Positions 57,314-64,000 of a stretch of 64,000 nucleotides of DNA are shown piece after piece (position 1 is the stretch's first letter; the number at the start of each line of letters is the position of its first letter). The stretch spans positions 924 to 64,923 of the forward strand of contig CAYHUB010000002.1 of NCBI GenBank assembly GCA_964359755.1, in the 5' to 3' direction. The translations under genes were made by a program, and so were the position numbers. Below the pieces are notes generated by a model. The model was not told the origin of the DNA, made no database searches, and saw nothing but the letters and a program-made list of their open reading frames with translations. The stretch comes from an uncultured Candidatus Saccharibacteria bacterium (lineage in GTDB: Bacteria; Patescibacteriota; Minisyncoccia; GWC2-36-17; WO2-46-25).

Positions 57314-57419
57314 CACCCTCGCCTATAATTCTTTCTTTTATCTTAACGGAAGCGCAGCCCTTCAATAATTATTATATACATAAAGGGCGTGAGAGGATTA
57401 AAGAAGGAGGTGGGGGGTG
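57314..57419 (+). repeat. Family B hairpin element, copy 5 (degenerate arms)
   Basis: Core intact (57331-57405). Arms CACCCTCGCCT / AGGTGGGGGGTG are only imperfectly complementary. Confidence 0.85.
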
Positions 57420-57470
57420 ATGGCTGATACTACTTGAGCGGGAAACCAATCTCGTAATTCAAAATAACAT

Positions 57471-57713
57471 ATGGAAACAAATCCAATCGTACTGATGTTT
57501 ATCAACCTTATTAACTGGTTTTCCTGGTTTGTTTCCATCACCTCCGTCGCGATGGGCCTGTACGCGGGCGCGCTGTATCTCACCGCGAAAGGGGATCCGG
57601 CAAAAGTAGCGAACGCATCGCGGGGCCTTTTGTATACGATTATCGGCGTTGTCGTTTCTATCGCCGCGTTCAGTATTAAGGCAATCGTGAAATCGCTCAT
57701 CGTTTTTGGGTGA
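57471..57713 (+). CDS. Short VirB2/TrbC-like pilin lacking a signal peptide
   Basis: INWFSWFVSITSVAMGLYAGALYLTAKGDP..IIGV. Closest to the second domain of the upstream gene. Confidence 0.75.
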   Translation: METNPIVLMFINLINWFSWFVSITSVAMGLYAGALYLTAKGDPAKVANASRGLLYTIIGVVVSIAAFSIKAIVKSLIVFG

Positions 57714-57765
57714 TCTCTGCAGGAGGATGCAGATTGCACGAAGCTATTTCGTTTTCCTCTGTGGA

Positions 57766-57794
57766 TAGACTTTTTATCGCTTTTTTAGTATAGT
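57766..57794 (+). promoter_or_regulatory. Promoter of pilin copy 1
   Basis: TAGACT-17-TATAGT. Copy 2 has TATACT-17-TATAGT with an extended TG (58291-58319). Confidence 0.6.
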
Positions 57795-57840
57795 AAAGAG
57801 AGTAAAAAAGGTCGAAAAATAACTAATTTTATTTCGTTTT

Positions 57841-58218
57841 ATGAAAAAATATTTAGCATTCGTAATGGTAGTGGCATTTGCGTTTTCTTTCGCAAGCGTA
57901 GCATTTGCACAGGCTCCCGGTCAGGCGATCACCCCTACAGGGCTCACCGCTGACACGCTTGGCACCTCAGGATCGGTCACCGATACCACCTCTTTAGTTG
58001 GAAAGATCATGGGCTTGGTGAATTGGATAGCGTGGTTCGTCGGTTTGATGGCGGTATTGATGGGCTTGTACGCGGGCGTTTTGTTTATTACCGCGGCAGG
58101 CAATGCAGATTCGATCACCAAAGCGCGAAGCATTTTGCTTTACGCAATCGTTGGTATCGCAGTGGCGGTACTCGCATTCAGCTTGGTCGCGATCTCGAAA
58201 TCGGTTTTCTCTCTGTAA
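57841..58218 (+). CDS. Probable major VirB2/TrbC-like pilin, copy 1
   Basis: Signal peptide ..AFA, VNWIAW..GLYAGVLFITAAGN..AR.ILLYAIVGIAV. Confidence 0.85.
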   Translation: MKKYLAFVMVVAFAFSFASVAFAQAPGQAITPTGLTADTLGTSGSVTDTTSLVGKIMGLVNWIAWFVGLMAVLMGLYAGVLFITAAGNADSITKARSILLYAIVGIAVAVLAFSLVAISKSVFSL

Positions 58219-58241
58219 TTCAATTTTATTCTCGAATACGC

Positions 58242-58269
58242 GCAAGCCCCCTCGTTGGAGGGGGCTTGC
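58242..58269 (+). terminator. Hairpin/terminator after pilin copy 1
   Basis: GCAAGCCCCCTC / GAGGGGGCTTGC 12-bp perfect stem. Confidence 0.75.
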
Positions 58270-58365
58270 TGTTATTGTGGATACCGTACGTATACTGTTT
58301 TCCATAAGTTTGATATAGTAAAGAGAGTAAAAAAGGTCGAAAAATAACTAATTTTATTTCGTTTT

Positions 58366-58743
58366 ATGAAAAAATATTTAGCATTCGTAATGGTAGTGGC
58401 ATTTGCGTTTTCTTTCGCAAGCGTAGCATTTGCACAGGCTCCCGGTCAGGCGATCACCCCTACAGGGCTCACCGCTGACACGCTTGGCACCTCAGGATCG
58501 GTCACCGATACCACCTCTTTAGTTGGAAAGATCATGGGCTTGGTGAATTGGATAGCGTGGTTCGTCGGTTTGATGGCGGTATTGATGGGCTTGTACGCGG
58601 GCGTTTTGTTTATTACCGCGGCAGGCAATGCAGATTCGATCACCAAAGCGCGAAGCATTTTGCTTTACGCAATCGTTGGTATCGCAGTGGCGGTACTCGC
58701 ATTCAGCTTGGTTGCGATCTCGAAATCGGTTTTCTCTCTGTAA
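58366..58743 (+). CDS. Probable major VirB2/TrbC-like pilin, copy 2
   Basis: Protein identical to 57841-58218. Confidence 0.85.
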   Translation: MKKYLAFVMVVAFAFSFASVAFAQAPGQAITPTGLTADTLGTSGSVTDTTSLVGKIMGLVNWIAWFVGLMAVLMGLYAGVLFITAAGNADSITKARSILLYAIVGIAVAVLAFSLVAISKSVFSL

Positions 58744-58765
58744 TTCTTTTTACTCCGACATCTCG

Positions 58766-58804
58766 CTCCCGTCCTTGCTTCATGTAAGGGCGGGAGTTTG
58801 TTGT
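58766..58804 (+). terminator. Hairpin/terminator after pilin copy 2
   Basis: CTCCCGTCCTTGC / GTAAGGGCGGGAG stem (with G-U pairs) followed by TTTGTTGT. Confidence 0.7.
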
Positions 58805-58856
58805 TGGGGATAAAGAGATGTGCTTTTTTGCGATAGTTTTGATACACTGTACGTAT

Positions 58857-59249
58857 ATGAAAAATATCTGTGTGAAGATGGTTTTACTTATGGTGGTAGG
58901 CGTTGCTATCGCCATGCCGTTTGGCGTGTTGGCGCAGGATAATCCGATAGGCAAGATTAGTGATGTTGGTGCGGGAGTTGGAGAAGTTAATATTAGTACG
59001 GGTGCCGTGCTCAACGCAGACACACTTGTTACAATAATTACGACGCTGGTAAACTGGTTTGCATGGGTTATTGCGCTTGCATCGGTCGTTATGGGCCTAT
59101 ACGCCGGATTTCTTTTTATCACCGCCAGAGGAGAAGCATCGCAGATCTCAACGGCGCGCCAGACGCTTCTGTGGGCGGTCATCGGCATTGCGGTTGCGGT
59201 CATTTCGTTCAGCATTATCATATTAACCAAAACAATTTTTGATTTATAA
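58857..59249 (+). CDS. VirB2/TrbC-like pilin paralogue
   Basis: Signal peptide, VNWFAW..GLYAGFLFITARGE..AR.TLLWAVIGIAV. Confidence 0.85.
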   Translation: MKNICVKMVLLMVVGVAIAMPFGVLAQDNPIGKISDVGAGVGEVNISTGAVLNADTLVTIITTLVNWFAWVIALASVVMGLYAGFLFITARGEASQISTARQTLLWAVIGIAVAVISFSIIILTKTIFDL

Positions 59250-59254
59250 TTTCT

Positions 59255-59641
59255 ATGAAATATAAAACATACATCGTACTGTTATTCATGGTATTGATCG
59301 CGCCGGCCATTGTTTTTGCCGCCGCCCCCGATTCAACACTTGGGAAGATCACTGATAGTGCCACAACAGGCATAGCGACAGATTCAAACAGTGCAGATTA
59401 TGCAGATGTAAACACGATTACGGGCAAAATTACAGGCGTAGTAAACTGGTTTTCGTGGGGCATCGCGCTTGTATCGGTGGTCATGGGGTTGTATGCCGGA
59501 TTTCTTTTTATCACCGCCAGAGGAGAGCCCGCCCAGCTTAAAACCGCGCGCGCGACACTTTTGTGGGCGATAATCGGCGTTGCGGTGGCGGTGCTCGCGT
59601 TTAGCATCATTGCTATTACAAAATCTATTTTTACACTGTAA
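59255..59641 (+). CDS. VirB2/TrbC-like pilin paralogue
   Basis: Signal peptide, VNWFSW..GLYAGFLFITARGEP..AR.TLLWAIIGVAV. Confidence 0.85.
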   Translation: MKYKTYIVLLFMVLIAPAIVFAAAPDSTLGKITDSATTGIATDSNSADYADVNTITGKITGVVNWFSWGIALVSVVMGLYAGFLFITARGEPAQLKTARATLLWAIIGVAVAVLAFSIIAITKSIFTL

Positions 59642-59663
59642 GCAGGTTATTTTTTAAAAAAAG

Positions 59664-59697
59664 AACCCCTCGTTTTGCACTTGCAAAACGAGGGGTT
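59664..59697. terminator. Bidirectional terminator
   Basis: AACCCCTCGTTTTGCA / TGCAAAACGAGGGGTT perfect inverted repeat between convergent genes. Confidence 0.85.
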
Positions 59698-59712
59698 TAG
59701 TTATCGCGGAGG

Positions 59713-60444
59713 TCAGTGGTTCTCGACCTCCATTGTTGGGGGCTCCGAACGGAACCGCGTTGCATGAAACGTTGCGGTGGATCCGTCCCATCCGATCTGT
59801 TCGTTCGCGGCGGGATCGGTGAGGAACGCCTGCATATAGTTATACTGCAGGTGCACCTCGGCTTTTTCGGTGAGCGGATTATTAAAGTAGATAATGCCCC
59901 CCGCCTCCCTGATGTAGTCGTGCGCCACGATGTTCCCACGCGCATCCTGAATGATAAAAACCATAACCCCGGGAGGCAGATCGGGAAAGGGGAGATCATG
60001 GCGGAACCTAGGGCGCGTCACTTTGCCCGGCTCGCCATAAATGGGGATACTCGCGCCATTAGCACCGTACGAACACCGATTCCTTGTGGGGAAATCGGGG
60101 CCGAAATCAATGTGCCTGATTTGGACGTTCTCGCCCGGCTCAAGCGAGGTGATATATGGATACATCACCTCGCAGGGGGTGACGATCTCCACATCTTTGC
60201 CTCCTGCCATTTCTCTGCGGCGAGTTTTTGTTTTAATCCCGGGCTTTTTAACAGTTGATCCTCTCGCGATCCATAAGTCGCCTTCTATGAATCCCTTCGG
60301 GGCGTGGGATTCGCGGTATACTCTGATTTCTCGCGATATCGCCTTGTCCGCGAATTTGAAGATCGCAAGCAGAATGAGAAGTGTAATTCCCCACCAGAAC
60401 ATTTTCGTGCCGACCTTAACAGCTTTGTCATCCGATATGTTCAT
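59713..60444 (-). CDS. Single-TM hypothetical protein
   Basis: N-terminal TM, AAGGAGG SD and ATGA overlap with the upstream gene. Confidence 0.75.
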   Translation of the reverse strand: MNISDDKAVKVGTKMFWWGITLLILLAIFKFADKAISREIRVYRESHAPKGFIEGDLWIARGSTVKKPGIKTKTRRREMAGGKDVEIVTPCEVMYPYITSLEPGENVQIRHIDFGPDFPTRNRCSYGANGASIPIYGEPGKVTRPRFRHDLPFPDLPPGVMVFIIQDARGNIVAHDYIREAGGIIYFNNPLTEKAEVHLQYNYMQAFLTDPAANEQIGWDGSTATFHATRFRSEPPTMEVENH

Positions 60445-61499
60445 AGCTTTTTACCTCCTTTCTTTTTACCGCCGGTGACCGCTTTTCCTGCCATCACCAT
60501 TTGGCTAAGAGCAAGTAACGTTTCGGGCGGAACATTTTCAAGCCCCGTCAGGCTCACATCAATGCGCTGTGCCTCGGGCTTCTGGTAGTACTCCTGTACC
60601 ACCATGACGAGATCCCGCGCTTCTTTGTCGTTGAGGGAAGGATTTTTCTTCTTCACCTCTTCGATCATTGCCAACACAAGGTTGGTGTCGAGGCGCTCGA
60701 TCTCCCGCTCGATGTCGCGCTGACGGAATTCGCTTCTCACCTTCGCGGTCTCGGGGTTTGGCTCGAGCGCAAGCGTGCTGACGGTGAGCAGAACGCCGTA
60801 ATCCTCGAGAAATATCCGCTCAAGACCGCGCACATTGTTGTCTTGTTCCGGCAGATTTCTTTCTTCAGGGATCATTAACGTGATATCTGAAGTATCAATG
60901 TTGCGCGCCTCCATCTTTTTCTTAAACTCTTCTTGGTAGACGGTGGCAATCGCGATGATCCTTTGCTCCGCCGTTTTGTTTCCATTGTCGGGAACGCTAT
61001 ATTTAAGCCCTTTCCCGATGGCAAGCTGGATCGCGTCGTTCATTTTTTTGGAAAGCGCGCATTCGGCGGGTATGGTCGTGAGCAATTCATCAAGCATCTC
61101 CGCCATCCGCGCTTTTGCATCAGTTTCTATCTTTTCCTGTTGTTTGTCGTACAGCAAAAGATAGTTCGATGCACTGCTGATCCATGCCAGGCCGCGTTTG
61201 TTCATTTCTTCCGGCGGTAAAAGCTGAAAGCCGAACGTACCTTTGCATTGTATCTGGTCATCAAGTACGTTCATGGTAAACTCAAACGGAACCCTTTCTC
61301 GCGGTTTCAGCGAGTGAAGTATCAGCGAGCAGAACGGGGGAAGAATACGCAGTCCCTCCGTTAAGACTCTGTTAAGCCGCTTGCCTCCCAAAAAAACAGG
61401 GATGGCAAGCATGTTTGGCGGTACCAACCGCACAAACAGCCATACGAATGTTCCTGCGCCGATCAATATCAGCGCGAGTGTGAAGATTAGATTCTGCAT
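60441..61499 (-). CDS. SPFH/band-7-like membrane protein (divergent)
   Basis: N-terminal TM then VPP..AI..FLGG.R..RVL.EGL..LPPF, later EDYGV.L and a coiled-coil tail. GGAGGAGG SD. Confidence 0.6.
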   Translation of the reverse strand: MQNLIFTLALILIGAGTFVWLFVRLVPPNMLAIPVFLGGKRLNRVLTEGLRILPPFCSLILHSLKPRERVPFEFTMNVLDDQIQCKGTFGFQLLPPEEMNKRGLAWISSASNYLLLYDKQQEKIETDAKARMAEMLDELLTTIPAECALSKKMNDAIQLAIGKGLKYSVPDNGNKTAEQRIIAIATVYQEEFKKKMEARNIDTSDITLMIPEERNLPEQDNNVRGLERIFLEDYGVLLTVSTLALEPNPETAKVRSEFRQRDIEREIERLDTNLVLAMIEEVKKKNPSLNDKEARDLVMVVQEYYQKPEAQRIDVSLTGLENVPPETLLALSQMVMAGKAVTGGKKKGGKKL

Positions 61500-61590
61500 T
61501 TTTTCCTCCTCCTTTTTGGGTTATTGTATTGTCAAAGGTCTTGATTCCTTCGTATATGTGAAAAGGGCAGTATGCCTCTTTTGTGGCAAC

Positions 61591-61619
61591 ATTATACAAT
61601 TTCCTGACAGAAAAGTCAA
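61591..61619 (-). promoter_or_regulatory. sigma70 promoter of the SPFH-like operon
   Basis: Minus strand TTGACT (61619-61614), 17 bp spacer, TATAAT (61596-61591). Confidence 0.8.
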
Positions 61620-61684
61620 TGGCTGCATAAAGGGGCTTGCGTGCGCGGGCATAATCTGATAAAGTGAACCTTGCTTTAAGCATT

Positions 61685-62887
61685 ATGCAGAATATCATTG
61701 TAGAACAAAATCAGGTGCAGAACCAACAGATCAAAGCCATCATGGAAGAGGCGCTGAAATCGGGCGCATCAAAACTGCCGAAAGTGGGCGATGTGATCAA
61801 TGGGACGGTGGCGAATAAGGGGAGTTTGACACTCTATGCCGATTTTGGCGTGCTGGGCACCGGTATCGTGTATGGGCGGGAATATCGCGAAGCATCGGAC
61901 ATCATCAAAAAGATGAATATCGGCGATGCGATCTCCGCGAAAGTGGTGGAGCTTGAAAATGACCGCGGGTTTATCGAGCTTTCATTGAAGGATGCCGGCT
62001 ATACGCTCGCGTGGGATGACCTTATTAAGAAAAAAGACACAGGCGAAGTCATCGAGGTGGAGATCAAAGAAGTGAATAAAGGCGGGTTGCTGGCGGAGAT
62101 CAATAATATTCCCGCGTTTATGCCGGTTTCACAGCTCGCGACCAAGCATTATCCGCGCGTGGACGGAGGCGATAAATCAAAAATTCTTACGGAGCTTCAG
62201 AAATTTGTCGGGCAGAAATTCAAAGTGAAGATCATCGACGTGAATCAGACGGATGAAAAGCTGATCGTGTCTGAAAAAGAAGCGCAGGATAACGATCTGA
62301 AAAAAATCCTTTCAATATATAAGGTGGGGGATGTCGTTACGGGAGAAGTTTCGGGCGTCGTGAATTTCGGCGTGTTCGTAAAATTCACTCCGAGCGCGCC
62401 ATCGGGCGAAGGGCCAAGCGAGCTTGAAGGGCTTGTGCATATTTCCGAGCTTGATTGGCAGCTTATCGAAAACCCCGCGGATACATTCAAAGTCGGCGAC
62501 AAAGTGAGCGCGCAGATCATTTCGCTTGATAGCGACAAGATCTCATTATCGATCAAGGCGCTGAAAGCCGATCCGTGGAAAGACGCGGAAGAGAAATTCA
62601 AGAAGGGGGACGCAATAAAAGGCACCGTGGTGAAAGTAAATCCTTTTGGCGCGTTTGTGCGCGTTGACGGCGACATTCAGGGCTTGTGCCATATCTCGGA
62701 ATTCGGCACGGATGAGCAGATGAAAAAAACGATCGCGGTGGGAGAGACATATGATTTTTATGTGCAGTCTGTTTCCGGCAAAGAACACCGCATGGGGCTT
62801 GGGTTCGGAAAGGCAAAAGCAAAAGTACAGGAAGCGGCCACCGCGCCGGAAGCAACCGAAGAAAAAAGCGCGGAAGAAAAAGTGTAG
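61685..62887 (+). CDS. rpsA: 30S ribosomal protein S1 (four S1 domains)
   Basis: Repeated S1 units (VNKGGL..AFMPVSQ, VNFGVFV..EGLVHISEL.W, NPFGAFV..GLCHISE). Confidence 0.93.
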   Translation: MQNIIVEQNQVQNQQIKAIMEEALKSGASKLPKVGDVINGTVANKGSLTLYADFGVLGTGIVYGREYREASDIIKKMNIGDAISAKVVELENDRGFIELSLKDAGYTLAWDDLIKKKDTGEVIEVEIKEVNKGGLLAEINNIPAFMPVSQLATKHYPRVDGGDKSKILTELQKFVGQKFKVKIIDVNQTDEKLIVSEKEAQDNDLKKILSIYKVGDVVTGEVSGVVNFGVFVKFTPSAPSGEGPSELEGLVHISELDWQLIENPADTFKVGDKVSAQIISLDSDKISLSIKALKADPWKDAEEKFKKGDAIKGTVVKVNPFGAFVRVDGDIQGLCHISEFGTDEQMKKTIAVGETYDFYVQSVSGKEHRMGLGFGKAKAKVQEAATAPEATEEKSAEEKV

Positions 62888-62908
62888 AAATAATCTTTGC
62901 ATCAGAGC

Positions 62909-62949
62909 AAAAATGCGTTTTTCCTGCGAGAGCTTGAAAACGCATTTTT
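62909..62949 (+). terminator. Probable terminator after rpsA
   Basis: AAAAATGCGTTTT / AAAACGCATTTTT inverted repeat. Confidence 0.65.
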
Positions 62950-62959
62950 ATTACAGTTC

Positions 62960-63120
62960 AGAGCCTATCCCAATAGGGTCTCCGTTACGAGCCACGATAG
63001 CTTCGAAGCGGAAAAATGAGAAACTCGCGAAGCTTTGTCGAGACAAGGCGACATGAGTTTCTCATTTTTCAGCCGAAGATCGCGTGGCGCAGTAGGAAAG
63101 TTCCTATTGGGATAGGCTCT
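62960..63120. repeat. 161-bp nested palindromic MITE-like element (family C)
   Basis: 18-bp terminal IR AGAGCCTATCCCAATAGG / CCTATTGGGATAGGCTCT and inner 16-bp IR GAAAAATGAGAAACTC / GAGTTTCTCATTTTTC. Confidence 0.85.
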
Positions 63121-63159
63121 TATGTTGTCTATTTAAGAAAATATGGGTAGAATACTACG

Positions 63160-64000
63160 ATGAAAATATTCACGAAAAACTTATTGTATGCGGTACTTTT
63201 CTTTGCGGTTATCTCCGCTCTTTTTTCTTTGGTGCGCACGCCGGCAGAAACGGCGGAAGAAGTCGCCCTTTCACGGCTTGCGACGCAGGTGAACGAGGGG
63301 ATAGTAAAAGAGATCATTGTTGAGGGAAGCAATCTTTCGGTGGTTTTGAATGACGACAAGAAGGAAACAACAAAAAAAGAAAGTGAAGCATCGCTCACCG
63401 AGTCGCTGAAAAATTACGGCGTGGATTCGGAAAAACTTCGCTCGGTGAATATCACTATGCAGGAGCCGTCAGGCGCGCTCTTTTGGCTTGGAGCGATCCT
63501 GCCGTTTCTCCTGCCGTTCATATTCCTCGGCGTGCTTATTTGGTTTATGTTCCGCCAGGCGCAAAAAGGATCTCTGCAGGCGTTCTCGTTCAGCAAGACA
63601 AAAGCGCGCATGGCGGGAAAAGGAGAGCGCGTTACCTTCGCCGATGTCGCAGGGTTGAAAGAAGCGAAGGAAGAATTGCATGAGATCATTGATTTTCTGA
63701 AGAACCCGAAAAAATTCATTGATATCGGCGCAAAAATTCCGCGCGGCGTTTTGCTTATGGGGCCTCCGGGCACCGGCAAAACATTGCTTGCGCGCGCGGT
63801 CGCTGGGGAGGCGGAAGTGCCATTCTTTCATATTTCAGGCTCCGAATTCGTTGAGATGTTCGTGGGTGTGGGCGCGTCGCGCGTGCGGGATACGTTCGCG
63901 ACCGCAAAGCAAACTGCGCCGTCCATTCTTTTTATCGACGAGCTTGATGCTATCGGGCGCCACCGCGGCGCGGGGCTTGGCGGCGGGCACGATGAGCGCG
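63160..64000 (+). CDS. ftsH: ATP-dependent zinc metalloprotease FtsH (partial, runs off window end)
   Basis: Hand translation gives two TM helices, [70 protein letters not shown] and GGGHDER. Confidence 0.97.
   Translation, partial: MKIFTKNLLYAVLFFAVISALFSLVRTPAETAEEVALSRLATQVNEGIVKEIIVEGSNLSVVLNDDKKETTKKESEASLTESLKNYGVDSEKLRSVNITMQEPSGALFWLGAILPFLLPFIFLGVLIWFMFRQAQKGSLQAFSFSKTKARMAGKGERVTFADVAGLKEAKEELHEIIDFLKNPKKFIDIGAKIPRGVLLMGPPGTGKTLLARAVAGEAEVPFFHISGSEFVEMFVGVGASRVRDTFATAKQTAPSILFIDELDAIGRHRGAGLGGGHDER

Larger units (their letters stand above)
57789..58746 (+). repeat. 433-bp direct duplication of leader + pilin gene
   Basis: 57789-58221 matches 58314-58746 (offset 525). One difference seen, synonymous (C58188 vs T58713). 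Confidence 0.95.

Noticed and set aside
19666-57419. Family B as a CRISPR array or integron attC cassette array
   Set aside because: Copies are kilobases apart between housekeeping genes and in both orientations. The variable parts are self-complementary arms rather than spacers. There is no cas or integrase gene and no properly placed RYYYAAC/GTTRRRY pair.
57789-58746. Pilin duplication as a pure assembly artefact
   Set aside because: The copies differ by one synonymous base and have distinct, plausible promoters and hairpins. An artefact is unlikely, though reads are needed to exclude it.
56591-59641. Pilin cluster as a conjugative element or type IV (PilA) pilus locus
   Set aside because: No relaxase, coupling protein, integrase or att sites are visible, and there is no G/FTLxE prepilin motif.
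47279-59641. Diversity-generating retroelement acting on the adhesins or pilins
   Set aside because: There is no reverse transcriptase and no repeat pair with adenine-specific mismatches. The one difference in the duplication is C/T and synonymous.

Overview
A gene-dense 64 kb chromosomal segment of a small-genome bacterium, most consistent with Patescibacteria/CPR (Parcubacteria-like). This is inferred from the alpha2-type GlyRS, type-2 IleRS, Elp3, FemX-MurE, a short S1, an expanded VirB2/TrbC-like pilin family and the scarcity of Shine-Dalgarno (SD) sites. Most genes are housekeeping genes on the + strand: ileS, recO, glyQS, holA, pyrG, ruvA, murE, thiI, murD, rsmI, metG, tatD, gyrA, rpsA and a partial ftsH. 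rpsT, uvrB and elp3 are on the - strand. I saw no rRNA, tRNA, CRISPR array, integrase or transposase. Five things stand out. (1) A five-copy intergenic element has a conserved ~70-80 nt core but copy-specific, perfectly self-complementary ~20 nt arms. (2) Two other palindromic element families are present, one with 5-bp direct repeats that remodel a promoter and a gene junction. (3) Six accessory transcription units share a promoter / boxA-like motif / strong SD layout, while many housekeeping genes look leaderless. (4) A divergent Elp3 + Trm9/ALKBH8-like gene pair suggests a eukaryote/archaea-type wobble-U pathway. (5) A 14 kb surface-display locus contains a ~2,200-aa adhesin ending in a pilin domain, followed by six pilin genes, two of them a near-perfect duplication. 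All protein calls come from motif recognition by eye, not from database searches.
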